Both the position numbers and the translations under genes were made by a program. 64,000 nt of DNA from Octopus vulgaris (lineage: Eukaryota), in assembly GCA_951406725.2 (NCBI GenBank), contig OX597815.1:84010001-84074000 (forward strand). The letters run 5' to 3'. Of the stretch, positions 51,130-64,000 are shown in pieces (position 1 is the first letter of the stretch; each line of letters begins with the position of its first letter). The notes under the pieces are model-generated. The model saw nothing but the letters and a program-made list of their open reading frames with translations, did no database searches and was not told the DNA's origin.

Positions 51130-51574
51130 GTTACAGAAAGGAGGAATTTCGATTTTCCCCACGTGGTGAGTTGTAATGTATATAAGAAATTAAAAAAGGA
51201 AAATACGCACACTTACATAGTTTTAATATAATTTTTAATATAACGACCGGTTTCGCTATCGCTATTCATGAAATTATATTTTACTTATTTGAATATGTAT
51301 TTTTTCTTAGGAAGACATTTTGTCCATGTTGTGTGTGATGATATTTACAAGTGAATGACTTCACAAGTAGAAAAATAAGGGGAGGTAATTGGTTATCGTT
51401 ATTATTGTTATTGTTTTGGTAAGGGAGATAACTGTTCAGCTTTCGGTAATGGGAGAGAATATATATATATACGTACAGACAAAAAACAAGTTTTGAAAAA
51501 CTTGTTTATATGAGGGGATTTATGTACAGTGATGTAATCGTGAATTGAAATATGTAAAAAGATAAAAGTTGGTT
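51130..51574 (-). mobile_element. short non-coding retroelement with hammerhead-like motif (colinear copy of the 15841 family)
   Basis: homology as above; minus-strand motif TTTC-ATGAATA-GC(GATA)GC-GAAACCGGTC-GTTA at 51241-51273. Confidence 0.8.
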
Positions 51575-51627
51575 ATGCATGCATATTAAGACGTGCTCTG
51601 TAGTTTTCAATGAGAAATGTGTCTTTA

Positions 51628-51660
<33 letters not shown>

Positions 51661-53064
51661 TACAGGTTGCGTTGAATAAACTGTCGTCTTAATTACGCAG
51701 AAATAAAGACAACACAAGCATCTCATTGTAGGAAAACATGCTTCTCGTTTTAGGAATGCAGCTGAGATCTACATATAGATAAAAAAAATCCTAATGAAAA
51801 ATTAGCGTTGAAGATAATATCTAAAAAATTTGAATTTCTTATAAGTTTGGGTTTGTGAGTCTAAATATAAGCAATTCGCTTACGTTATTCAAATGTCATA
51901 GGATAATTTTGTAAGGTTGTGAAATTTACACGAGAAAAACGAACCTTATACACATACTATTGGTGATCAATGTCTTAGCCGAACTGTGAAACTATGTAAA
52001 ACTTTTTCTGAAGGTTACGAGAAAACTGCTTTTAATAAAACAAAAAAAAAATTCCTATAATGTAGCATACTTTCTTAGAAACGAGTGTCGTATTCATGAC
52101 AAGAATTTATATATGCTAAAAAGAAGACATTCAATCCGTTAGCAAGAAAACAAGAAATAGATGACAGAAGCAAAGTGGAAAATATACAGAAAATACAGAA
52201 GCATGAATATGCAGAAGAGGAATACAAGATGCTTGATGGTAAACCTGATGGATAGCACACGCAAATGTATGTAAAAATATATATATATACATCTGTGCGT
52301 GTGTATGTCCATGTGTGTTGTATGAATTCAGGTATATGATTATGTATGTATACATACACACATACATACATAGATACGTATGTACATTCAAAGTGATTGA
52401 TTGATAGACCCCTAGATAGATAAATGGAAACACACATACATACATATATACATACATACATACATACATAATAATACATATATCATATATACATACATAC
52501 ATACATACATACATACATACATACATACATACAACTTTGAGTTCGTGTATACAAAAAAAATAGGAAAATGGAGAGGATTGAAAAGAAAAAAGAATTGATT
52601 TTTTTTGTTTCAAAAAACTATCTGTGAAGTGAGAAAAATTAACAAATGTTAATTAATGCATCAGCATAAGCATCAGACAGCCACTTTGAACTGCGCATAA
52701 TTACTTTGAACTGTACATAATCGTCATCGAATATTAATAATCCACCGAAATTGCAAATGAACGGGCTTATACGGACACAAATACTTTATATGTAGTAGGT
52801 GTGTATGTGCATATTCATACATATAAATATACGAATATGTATATATATATATATATATACAAAAAAATAAATGTGAGTATGTGTATATGTTTCTACATAA
52901 ATACATATACCGTGATGTACAATATGTTTTAGCCAATCAGGTTCTTTATTTTCTTTTGAATATGTTTTCTCTTCTGTGAAAATATATACCCATGTATATA
53001 AAGTGTTTTTATTAATATGTAACTGAAGCATGTATGCATTTGTGCGCATGTCTCAATCAGGAGA

Positions 53065-53350
53065 CCGTCAAGCTCACAATCGTTAGGTAGGGAGTTCGAC
53101 TTCCGGACCGAGCTGTATGTTGTGTTCTTGTGCAAGACACTTTATTTGACGTTGCTCCAGTTCACTCGACTGTAGAAATGAGTCGGCCTTTCACTTTTCC
53201 TTGGATAACGTCGCTGGCGTGAGGTGGATTGCCTGCTAGGCAAGGGCGACTGCTTGTTTTCGATAAACTACCTTGCCCGGATTTGTGCCTCGGAGAAGAA
53301 CATTCAAGTCAAGATGCAGAACCATGGTCATTTATGAACGAAGGGTGTCT
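53065..53350 (+). mobile_element. SINE family D, degenerate
   Basis: GAGTTCGACTTCC...GTGTTCTTGTGCAAGACACTTTATTTGACGTTGCTCCAGTTCACTC. Confidence 0.75.
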
Positions 53351-53439
53351 TTATCGAAGTGAATTGAATTGAGCTAGTTTCAGCTCAGGAGCTATGTCCA
53401 TGATGGGGTACCATATATATATATGTATGTGTGTGTGTG

Positions 53440-53525
<86 letters not shown>

Positions 53526-53789
53526 TTATATATATGTACATATACATATATATACATATATTTGTATGTATGTATATATATATACACTTGGAAAAGGATG
53601 CGTAGCGTTCGGTTAGATAATAAATAATATAATATAATACATATGGGTACAGGACGTCACCAACGATCCAAATAACATGAAATACGTAAACAACGGGAAA
53701 AATGGAGAACAGGGCTAGTTAACACAGAGAAATGACTCTTCATCAGTTATCGGCTGTCTATCTACTCCTCATATAAGGAGGGAGAAGTA

Positions 53790-54205
53790 TTCAGTAATAT
53801 ACATCTAGAAGATCCTGGAAGGAATTGTGCGAAATTTTGCTATTAGAAGCTACACCAATACCAGAACGGGTCGACACTGCATAGTGCCAAAGATCCCAGC
53901 CATCGCGCTTCAGGACTAGTTACTGCAACAGCCTGGGTTTCAGCGACCCACAGCATTTTAATATTCGTCTAAGGTGCCTGAGGAACCTGCACAAAATAGA
54001 TGTAGGTGTTTTAAAATCAAGGCTGAACCTCTTCCTCTCGGGAGACCCAAATGAACCTACCAGATAGCAAGAGGTGCAAATTAGGGTAGCTACATCAAAC
54101 TCCATTCTTCACTTAGTGCCACATATTGGTGGAGGCTCTCACTAATAATAGTGTGACAAAACGGCGGTGCATCAGCATGGACTCATCTTTGAGCTGAAAC
54201 TACAG
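53790..54205 (+). mobile_element. CR1-group LINE 3' fragment
   Basis: IYI*KILEGIVRNF...TRTGRHCIVPKIP...SYCNSLGF...CLRNLHKIDVGVFKSRLNLFLSGDPNEP; tail GGCGGTGCATCAGCATGG...GAGCTGAAAC. Confidence 0.75.
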
Positions 54206-54721
54206 GGAAATATATATGTGGGGTTTGCCAGATTGGAGCAATCTCGAGTATAACCAGCCGAAATTACAAGGATAATCTGAAACTCGACTGAGGAAAGAAA
54301 ACTCCGAATGACCCGTCCTTGTTTTATTTGTATTATCTATCTGGATGTTTTGTTGTCCAGTTTTGTATCACCTAACCGTCTGAATGTTTTGCGTTCTTGT
54401 CCCATTTTGTTTTATATATATATATATATATAGCGGCGTACGTACACTTTGGTCTCTTATATGTAAGTATATATTTATCTAAATCTTGTACGATTCTATT
54501 CTTTCTTTCTATCAGCCCTTTCATGCTTATTCGTTCATTCCACTCTTCGTTCTTTCGTTCCCCCTCTCTCACATTTCACTATCTTCTCGCTCACTTTCCC
54601 TCCTCTTTTCACTTCACTGTATCCCTGTCATTTTTCCGCGGCCCTCCTTAATTCTTCTGTCTCTCTGCCTCTACATCTCTCTCTTCTCTCCCCACGTGAC
54701 CAGTGTTATATATATATATAT

Positions 54722-55066
54722 TCTTTTAGTCTTGTATTCTTTTACTTGTTGCAGCCATTTGACCGCGACCATGGTAGACCACCGCCTTTAGCAGAACAAA
54801 TCGACCTCTGGAATTATTCTTTGTAAGCTTAATCTTTATTTTATCGGTTTCTTTTGCCGAACCGCTAGGTTACGGGGGCATACATACATACACCCATGCA
54901 CATATATACATAATATAATATACGACGGGCTTCTTTCAGTTTCCGTCTACCAAATCCTATCACATGACTTCGGTTGGCCCGAGGCTACAGTGCCACGCAA
55001 CGGGAATGTACCCGGAAACATGTGGTTGGTAAGCAAGTTACTTACCACGCAGCCACTCCTGCGCCT
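54722..55066 (-). mobile_element. SINE family B
   Basis: ends ACCACGCAGCCACTCCTGCGCC (reverse complement of the head). Confidence 0.82.
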
Positions 55067-55526
55067 ATTATATATAAGCATGCATATATACATACACAGG
55101 TGTAAACATCCAAGGTCAGCCACTTTGATAATGTCAAAATTCGAATTATAAATGTTTTTGCTCCTAGTATGACAACCGGCACGATTTCTCCAGTGGTGAA
55201 AAATTCAAAACATAATCAGTACCATACACACATATATGCTCTCTCACACACACATAGACGATACCTTTCTCTTTCTCTCTCTCTGTCTCTCTTTCGCCCC
55301 CTCTCTCCTACTCTCTCCTTCTCTCTCAGGTGCATTCACTGTGATTATCAACATTTCCCCACACTAATAATGATAGAGTAGGGAGAACGATGATTTGAAA
55401 AAAGGGAAATATTTTAAACACATAGGTACTAAAGAGTGTAAGAATATATGAATTTATCTAAACCGAGAATCTTTTGAAATAAAATTAAGAAAGGATTTAC
55501 AACACTGGAAATCAGTAGCGCATACT

Positions 55527-55902
55527 TTACTACTCTTTACTCTTTTACTTGTTTCAATTATTTGACTGTGGCCATGCTGGAGCACCGCCTTTAATCGAGC
55601 AACTCGACCCCGGGACTTATTCTATCGGTCTCTTTTCCGGAACCGCTAAGTGACGGTGACGTACAAAAACCAGCATCAGTTGTCAAGCAATGCTAGGGGG
55701 ACAAACACAGATACACACACACACACACACATATATATATACATATATACGACAGGCTTCTTTCAGTTTCCGTCTACCAAATCCACTCACAAGGCTTTGG
55801 TCGGCCCGAGGCTATAGTAGAAGACACTTGCCCAAGGTTCCACGCAGTGGGACTGAACCCGGAACCATGTAGTTGGTAAGCAAGCTACTTACCACACAGC
55901 CA
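55527..55902 (-). mobile_element. SINE family B
   Basis: near-identical to 23521-23885. Confidence 0.85.
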
Positions 55903-55936
55903 GTGACTTATTTTTTAATATTATTGCCATAACTAA

Positions 55937-56135
55937 AGCGGCGTGCTGGTAGAGCAAAATACTTAGCGGCATTTCGTCCCTTTTAACGTTCTGGGTTTAA
56001 ATTCCTCCAAGGTGGCTTCGACATTCATCCTTTCATGGTCGATAAAATACGTACCAGTCGAGTACTGGGGTAAACGTAATCGTCTTAAACCCTCCCCCGA
56101 ACTTGTTGGCCTTGTGCTAAAATTTGAAATCAATA
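55937..56135 (+). mobile_element. SINE family A variant (different tail)
   Basis: CATTCATCCTTTCATGGTCGATAAAATACGTACCAG...GGCCTTGTGCTAAAATTTGAAA; similar partial copy at 62243-62375. Confidence 0.7.
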
Positions 56136-56204
56136 TTATTACTGTATCTGCATCAACAATTGTACTATTTCATAGCGCATCTGTTTCTTTCAATTTTCTC
56201 TACG

Positions 56205-56470
56205 TAAACAGATCAGTTGCAAAGATCAGACCTATTTCAATAAATGACATTGGAATTTATTGACTGTCATTGCGAAATCTACTCTAACTGGCAGCAGTAT
56301 ACGTGTAATAGTGAATGGCAGAATGGTGTCAGATCTCAGTTGAATTCTTGGCACAATGACATATTTTCCATAATGTTCACCTTCTGTAACAATGTCGCCT
56401 TCAATCAAGCGTCCATATAAATAGGTTTTCCGAATGGGAGTACACGTCATCGAATTTTTGTGAAATGAAT
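56205..56470 (-). pseudogene. Helitron RepHel PIF1-like helicase C-terminal relic
   Basis: IVPRIQL...LPFTITRILLPVRVDFAMTVNKFQ resembles the IPRI...LPF.L.RRQFPVRLAFAMTINKSQG motif. Confidence 0.75.
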
Positions 56471-56671
56471 ATGAAAGTGTATGATTACATTTCTACGAAA
56501 AAGAAATCCACCTCGCTTCATACACATTGCAGGGGATATCAACGAAAATGAAAAAAATATGTCTAATAGTTTGGGAGTCTAAAAAAGTAAGAATGATGCG
56601 TGAATAAAGACAGAGGAGGACGAATATGAAAACTGACTGAAATAAGTTTTAAATGAATAAATCTATATGAA

Positions 56672-57003
56672 CGCAAGGAGCAGATTACATGCGGGTAAGA
56701 AGCTTGCATCCTAACTGCATGTCTCCAGTTTCAGTTCCACTGGCTGCCACATTTTCTACTATAAATTTGGGCCGACCAAAGCCTTATGTGAGGATTTGGT
56801 AGACGGAAACAGAAAGAATCCCATCGTGTGTGTGTGGCTGTTCGTGTCTGTGTGCATGTGTCTGTGTCTGTGTGTGTGCTTGTCCCCCAGCACAGCTTAA
56901 CAACCGGTGCTGGTGTGTTTATGTCCTCGTAAGGTAGCGGTTCGGTAAATAAGATCGATAGATTAAGTACCAGGAGTAAAAAGGGAAAATACTGTGAGTC
57001 GAT
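56672..57003 (+). mobile_element. SINE family B, degenerate
   Basis: GGGCCGACCAAAGCCTTATGTGAGGATTTGGTAGACGGAAAC. Confidence 0.75.
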
Positions 57004-57028
57004 GTGCATTATAATAAAATTTTGCGAT

Positions 57029-57091
<63 letters not shown>

Positions 57092-57112
57092 GGGGAGGTG
57101 TTGTCTACATAT

Positions 57113-57386
57113 TTTTTTACGCCGTTTTCACGGTTTCTCGGTTTCTGTGACGTATGTGTTCCCGTAAGCTGAACGGGACGCTAGTCCATCACAGCGTTAC
57201 TCAAGAAACAGGAAGAGAGAGTGACAGAAAGTTGGGGCGAAAGAGTACAACAGGGGTTGCCACCACCCCCTGCCAGAGCCTCGTTGAGCTTTTAAGTGTT
57301 TTCGCTTAATTAAATCACACAACGCCCGCTCTGGGAATCGAAACCGCGAGTCCGCTGCTCTAACCACTGGGCCATTGCGCCTCCGC
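57113..57386 (-). mobile_element. SINE family C variant with 13-bp target-site duplication
   Basis: GTTGTCTACATAT at 57100-57112 and 57387-57399; short T run (A tail) at 57113. Confidence 0.88.
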
Positions 57387-57406
57387 GTTGTCTACATATC
57401 CGTTTT

Positions 57407-57860
57407 TGTATAACATATGATAGAAACGGAAAATAGTGCATACGAAAAAAGTCATTGCTCACAGCGATCGTTTGGACCAATCCTGCATCGATCCCTCGCG
57501 AGTGGGATACTGTACAACTAGTTGTGGAGCATCTCCCGGTGCAGGAGTGTTTCATCAGATGATCTTATAAAGGGGATGTTGTTAAATAAACGCTGTATTG
57601 CTCGGTTTTAATACAGCATGTTGTAAGATATCCTAGCCATTTCTGTCAAAAGATTAAACCTACGGCCAGTAACAACATAATGTATTAAAACCGATCGAAA
57701 CTGGATTTATTTAATGAGGTACCCTTTATAACATCACCCGATCAGACAGTTTTTCACTGATTAATGCCCCAGGGATCAATGCATGATGGCTCGAAACGAT
57801 CGCTGCGAGCAATAAAGTTTCTGGTATATTTCATTTCCCCTCTCTATCATTTGTTATATA
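57407..57860. repeat. ~450-bp imperfect palindrome with hammerhead-like motifs pointing outward
   Basis: ATTGCTCACAGCGATCGTTT / AAACGATCGCTGCGAGCAAT; TCGGTTTTAATACA / TGTATTAAAACCGA; TTATAAAGGG / CCCTTTATAA; TATAACATATGATAG / CTATCATTTGTTATA. Confidence 0.85.
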
Positions 57861-58183
57861 CTCAACGAACACTGTGGAATTCCTGGTGGAGACCCAGCGA
57901 CAATTGTTTAAATATCGTGGATAATGTTAGGTAGCCATAGGCAGTGGACGTACTTCATTGGCTAACTACTAGGAACATACCCAATACTTAGATAATTGCT
58001 TTTTCATATACATGTGTGTGTGTGACCAGATACACCACAGGTTAAAGTGTCCTCCATGAAAATGATTTCGACGAAAGAAACATCGTCATACCATTGTGCG
58101 GGGTGACGAAATGGTCAGGACATCCGAAGCTATCGAGGACCATTGACGTGTGTTTGTGTGTGTGTGTATGTATGTATGTGTGT

Positions 58184-58258
<75 letters not shown>

Positions 58259-58299
58259 TATGTATGCATGTTATCTCAGAACTTCTCCTTTTGAGAGAT

Positions 58300-59290
58300 G
58301 TCTAAAAAAAACTAGGGATCTCTCACTATAAGTTGTTTGATGGGCGTTGACTACTGAGTTCTTCCGCCCCTTGATAGATTTTATTTTTCATTGGCTGACC
58401 AAGATGCTTTCATAGAATGTGTCCAAATGAGGTTTACTTTCAACTTAATCCCGCTTGCTATTCACACAATTCTTTTATCGATGTTGGAGTACTTAGATCC
58501 CGTTCGCGAAGAACCTGTTGTTTAAGAAAGTCATCAAGAGCAGATATGATGCCAACATCACTGCGATTCTGGTTCCCGGCTAAGTGTTTCTTTTTCTTTC
58601 TTTTTTTCATGTTGGAGAACAGATGATAGTCAGATTGCACCAAATCAGTAGAACAGAATTAGGGATCAACCAGTTCAAGGCCATAGTCACATGCACCACC
58701 CATTGAAAGCTAGGATTTGTGTCCTGGAGCAATGACCTCAGGAAACAAAACCCCTTTCACAACTTTTCCTCAGTGCTTAATATTGATAGCCTTTCATAAA
58801 TGCTTCAGCAAGTTGGCACTGTATTCTCTATTGATGATGTGGCCATTTTAAAGACAGTCAATAAACACAGTGTCTTTTGCATCCCCTAAAACTGAGGCCG
58901 CCACCTTCCTGTAGATGAAACAATTTTGGCCTTCTTTGGGATAGGTGTTGAGGGGTGTTTCCGCTGGATGGAGTGTCTCTTTTTTTCTATTAGTGTGATG
59001 AAGCCAATACGCATATGGGGTTAGGAAACTTTGAAAGAGACAAGCTGGATCTGCCCGAAACAATGTAAGATTTCCCATGGTGTGATCAACCTGATGCACA
59101 TTTGATCATGTGTCAAAAAACGCAGCTACCGAGAAGAAACCCTCTACACGCAAAATTCATTGCGCAAAATATTCTCAACTCTCTTATGGAATATATTAAT
59201 AGCATTGGCTCTTTGATTGATAGTCAATCGCCTGTCATACATCAGCATTTCGTGAATAAGACCAATGTTATCCACAGTGGTGGCAGAATT
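58300..59290 (-). mobile_element. degenerate mariner (DD34D, Mos1/Hsmar-like) transposase relic
   Basis: KVAASVLGDAKDTVFIDCL resembles KVMASVFWD..G...IDYL; DLVQSDYHLFSNMKK..HLAG resembles PDLAPSDYHLF. Confidence 0.82.
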
Positions 59291-59339
59291 GTAAGTTTTG
59301 CTTTATGTATGTATTCTCAGGCGTATAATTACATATCTA

Positions 59340-61995
59340 CACAAAATCATATATATTTAAATGATAAACTCCTGGAAGGTTTTATAGATTTTTATAGTTC
59401 CAGTGATGGATTGGATCTGTAGTCTTCGAATTTGCTTTCTCTTTTCTGGTTTTGAGAAGCCGAACTTCTCAAGACTGGTATTTAGGCAGTGTGTTACATA
59501 TCCCTGGGCCCCAATAACTACAGGTATAAACCTGAACTTCTAATCTCGATAGTGTAGCTGCAGGTTTCTCAATAGTTCATCGTAGGTATTCTCTTTCACA
59601 CTGATCGTTAGCTTTATGTTAACATACGCTAGGCAGTTAATTTCCTTAACTGTATACAGTTTCTCTTCTCCATCCCAAATCATTATATCAGGTCTGATGT
59701 GTTTAGATTTTATTGAGGTTTTCACTGAGACATTTTATTATGTGTGGTTATGGCTTCCATCATACTGTGGGTTCTTATTTCTTTGTCCTCGGTGTTATCT
59801 TTCCGGTGGATTTCATTATATATTTCTTTACTACCCACAAGGGGCTAAACACAGAGGGGACAAACAAGGACAAGCAAAGGGATTAAGGCGTGTACATCGA
59901 CCCCAGTGTGTAACTGGTATTTAATTTATCGACCCCGAAAGGATGAAAGGCAATGTCGACCTCGGCGGAATTTGAGCTCACAACGTAACGGCAGACGAAA
60001 TACGGCTACGCATTTCGCCCGGCGTGCTAACGTTTCTGCCAGCTCGTCGCCTTAGATTTCATTATAGAGTGTCCTAGCTATAATATCATGTCTTATCGCC
60101 AGATAATACTGTGATGACATTTTCAGACAACTGGTTATGATGTGGGTTGCATCGGTTGTCACATTATAGGGCTTTTCCTGCATCTCTATCCCTTTGGGGC
60201 ATCAGGTATTTGGTTGATATTCCCTGTTCCTGGATTACAAACATATACCCTTCAAAGTGGGACGTAGTAACCCAGCTATTGGTCCATGATAGACTGCTTT
60301 GATGATCAATGATACTATCATCTCGGAGCGTTCTACGAAGATATCCATGCATAGTCTCTGTTCATATATGTTCCACCTTTCATCTGATGATACGTTGCTG
60401 TAGAGTCGTGCGAATTCTTTGCACATGTATTTAATTTTATCAGACAAGAAATGTTGCCAAATGAGTTGCCTTCCAAGTCTTATGGTGTTATCACCCTCAT
60501 GTATGAAATCTTGTTCAAGGGATGCACTTTGTCTCTTGGTTAAATGATGTTGCCGAAGGGATATGATACGACATTGAAAGGCATTTTGGATCGATGTTAA
60601 GCCTCCGCCGCCTAGTTTTCGTTTTCGGTAGAGACGGTCTACGTCAATGTTTATGTGGAAATTACGTGAGCTTGCTTGTATTTTCTGTGTTTTTACATCA
60701 ATATACTCCGATCTCACCAAGCGTCCAATCAAGCAGCCCAAATGTTGGTATGAGTACTGGCACTGCAGATACATTGAGGGCCACTGTTTTATTGAATGCA
60801 AAAAGTTCTGGGGTTCAAATTTTCTTTATTCGGCTGTAATATCCTTTAGTGACACGTGTGTTGTCACAGATGCCTTTGTAAGACATGTTGTCATCCACCC
60901 ATACATACCTTTAACACTCCTCGTCAGAAATAGGGGAAACAGTCAAGTCATTTATGGAGATGCTGCTAGTCTGGTTTCCCCCTTTTCACAACTATATAAC
61001 AGCATTTATCCTGACCAAACACCAATGCTACATCTTTTGAGAATGTTGTAATTTCGTGCATATTCTTTGCATAAAGTTTCAAGTCATCCACAAAGAAACA
61101 GTGTGTGATTTTAGTATTCCTGTTTCCCTATGAACCAGTGAAAAGGGGCTAACAGAAATTATAGACAACGTCACAGAGAGGTTGTCCAGTTGGAATATAC
61201 CTCGGCGATACTGTATTCTATCAGTAATAATACAGTCACTCTTAGTGTTTAATTTCAAGATGGTGGCCCACGATGTAGTCAGGTCAGCTATAGCTTTGAC
61301 TATGCTCGCTGTTAGCAAGTTGAAAGGCTTCTAACATCGGTGAGTGGGGAACAGATTCAAAAGCATTCTTATTGTCAAACCACATTGAAACTGGGTTCCT
61401 CCTAAGCTCTCGCACCTCTGACATCATAGTTTTGTTGATCAAAAATTGCTCGGCACATCCCCAGACACCCTTCTTATCAACTGCTTGTTCTACTATGATG
61501 ATGTTATTCGTTTCACAACGGTCCTGGAGGAAGAGGTTTCAGTATGTTTTATGTATCTCATACATTAAGTTCGTGTATGCAATTGGACGGTAGTTTTTTG
61601 CCATGTGGCTGCTTCTGCATTTGGGGATCAATATTGTCTCTGCCAGAGCTAGCCTGTGTGGTATGCTACTGTTCCCATTGAGAGCTTACAGATTTATAAG
61701 ATATGGTCGATAGAAGGTTAGCTTATTTTACCAACAATCAAGTTTCTTCCAGTGGGCCTTTCCATCCTGGAGATTCTGGATCACAGTAGCAAGGGTATCA
61801 CCATGTCTTGGGTGTAACACAGGAACAATAACTTCTTCGGATTTCTTCCAGCCACAGAGCATCTTGGTTAAGCCCCTCTTCACTTCAGATTTTTTCCTGA
61901 AGAAGTCTATATCTTCCCGTGAAGGAGCATCTACTACATGAACCCCGTGAAGGAGTTTCCCGTGAAGGCGCTACTGCTGCTGATTCCGGTTAAAT
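59340..61995 (-). mobile_element. RLE-type LINE, second family (RT plus RLE), degenerate
   Basis: KNYRPIAYTN, KKGVWGCAEQFLINK, IQYRRGIFQ, CFFVDDLKLYA, DVDRLYRKRKLGGGGL, SHFEGYMFVIQEQ, KHIRPDIMIWD; 5' end abuts (TATG)n at ~61999-62038. Confidence 0.9.
59821..60054 (-). mobile_element. full-length SINE family A nested in the LINE, 12-bp TSD
   Basis: GATTTCATTATA at 59809-59820 and 60055-60066. Confidence 0.92.
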
Positions 61996-63407
61996 TTTTA
62001 TGTATGTATGTATGTATGTATGTATGTATGTATGTATGAATGAATGCACGTTTGCATGTATGTACGTACGTGCATGTATGTGAAAGTAAGTTTGCATATA
62101 GATACATATATAAACTTGTGAATGTGTAATATTTTATCCGTGTGCATATATACCCAGACTATAACATTATCCATGACTTATATGCCCGTATTTTTATAGT
62201 TACATGTATATATTCATGTGTATTAATGTGTGTGTGTGTGTGAAATTCCGCTGGTATCGACTTTGCCTTACATCCTTTTAGGGTCGGTAAAAAAAGTACC
62301 AATTGAGCGCTGGGTTCGATGTAATTGACTTACCCATCCCCTTAAACTACTGGCCCTGTGCCAAAAGTTGAAATCATTATCATAGCTATATTTGCATGTA
62401 GCACAAATATGTATACAAGCATGTATATGAGAGGTAGTGAGTATTTGGACGCGTAGTAGGCTGACTATGTGCGCGTTTGTCTATGTATCTCTGTTAGCAG
62501 TCTCAACAGCAGCTGCAGCAGGAGCAGCACCAGCATCAGTAGTAGCAGGAGCAGAATTATCATCATTAACATTTTATCTCTTTTTGTAGATATGTACATA
62601 TGAGAAGCAGACGAAATTCCTAGATCACAAATACATTTCCGAATGTATTCTTCTGATGATTTCACAGTCCAGTACATTATTCTTGTACACTGTCCTTCAC
62701 AAAGTAAACTAAGTTGATCAATACTTTTTCATTTCAGTTCACTGTCACTTTTACATCTTCTGCTGTCTAAATCAAATTATATAGTAATAGGTTTACAATC
62801 ATGTGATTTCGCTTATTACCAAAGTGCGAAATCAATAATCGAAGGCTTTTACAGTTCACCAGTTAGTTAACTCGTTCCTGAATTGAATTCTGGGTAGTGT
62901 TTCAAGATTGCAATTATGCCTGATCGTTATCGTCCTGAGCTTCGCTTGAGAAAGATAAATGAAATATAATCTATGTATTCAGATCTGGGTAGAAGTTTCA
63001 CCTCCAGTAGAGAGCATAAAACATCCGAGAGACCTCTAATTAAATGTCGTCTTAATGATATTCATCATTTATATCTAAGGATAACCCTCCACCCGTTGAT
63101 CTGCTCATCTCAAATTCCCTATGTCTATATTGCATCATAAATACAGCAATGCAGCTAATTGGGTTGTTTCTTTATATGTGAGACGTGTTCCATGGAAATA
63201 ATATCGATGAATGAGATCTATATATTCAACGAGGCAGTGATTCGGTACAGATTCGATATATGCGATATATGCACGCGCCATGTATCCTTGCTGATAGGTT
63301 TAATATATGTATATGTATGAGTGTGTATGTGTGTGTGTGGAGAGAGAATTAAATAGTTAGAAGGGGAGAAAAAAGATAGATTGATTGATTGACTGAGACA
63401 GTTTATA

Positions 63408-63440
<33 letters not shown>

Positions 63441-64000
63441 CGTATGTGTGTGTTTGTGTGTTTGTGCATGTGTGTATCTGTGTGTGCTTGTATTCATATA
63501 TCCATGTATACACATAAATGTATATGTAAATATGTATATATATATATACATGTATACAATATATATGCATATACATCCATACGTATTTATACACATATGT
63601 GTGTGTGCACAAGTGTGTGTGTGTTCCATAGTATGCGTGCATGCGTGCGAATGTTTGTGAACTTATGGAAATTCCTAAATAGTTATGAAGTTTATATGTG
63701 TATGCATCTTCGATGTTCGACTCTATCGCTACATGGAGTATGACAAGTCGTACTATATAATGAAAAGAAACGGTGAATAAAATTGTATGTGTCATGCATC
63801 CTATTGGTTAGTAGTACTTCTAGTAATGCAGACAAAAGCCAGTGGAGCTCACGACCAAGCAATGATTAACTAATGTGAGCTAGGATCCAGTAAAGATTTA
63901 ATCCAACATCATGTATTTCAGTATTCATTTTGCAATACCTGAACGATTGCCCAAGCATTAATCTTTGTGAAGCTATAGAATGAACTATCACCATTAACCC

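Noticed and set aside
62571-62710. Strong acceptor TTTTATCTCTTTTTGTAG followed by a 38-codon open frame
   Set aside because: Weak donor, no recognisable protein and no linked exons

Overview
AT-rich animal DNA, probably intergenic or intronic, saturated with microsatellites (TA, CA, TACA, GATA, TAA, GAA). The repeat spectrum looks like an octopus/cephalopod genome (inference). No host protein-coding gene can be supported, and nearly all ORFs in the track are microsatellite translation artefacts. The window is a mosaic of mobile DNA: four tRNA-derived SINE families (labelled A-D here), R4/Dong-type (RLE) LINE relics of two families that sit in (TAA)n or (TACA)n, a CR1-type 3' end, an ORF1-only L1/Tx1-like element with a zinc knuckle, a Penelope GIY-YIG relic, two mariner relics, three non-autonomous Helitrons and a Helitron helicase relic. 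The most interesting signal is a set of about 9 minimal type-I hammerhead-ribozyme-like motifs in short non-coding, microsatellite-embedded elements. Two of them lie in long head-to-head palindromes, and one two-copy family has a non-canonical A3-U8 / G3-U8 core and a 5' inversion in one copy. All alignments were made by eye and most boundaries are approximate (+/- 10-30 nt).
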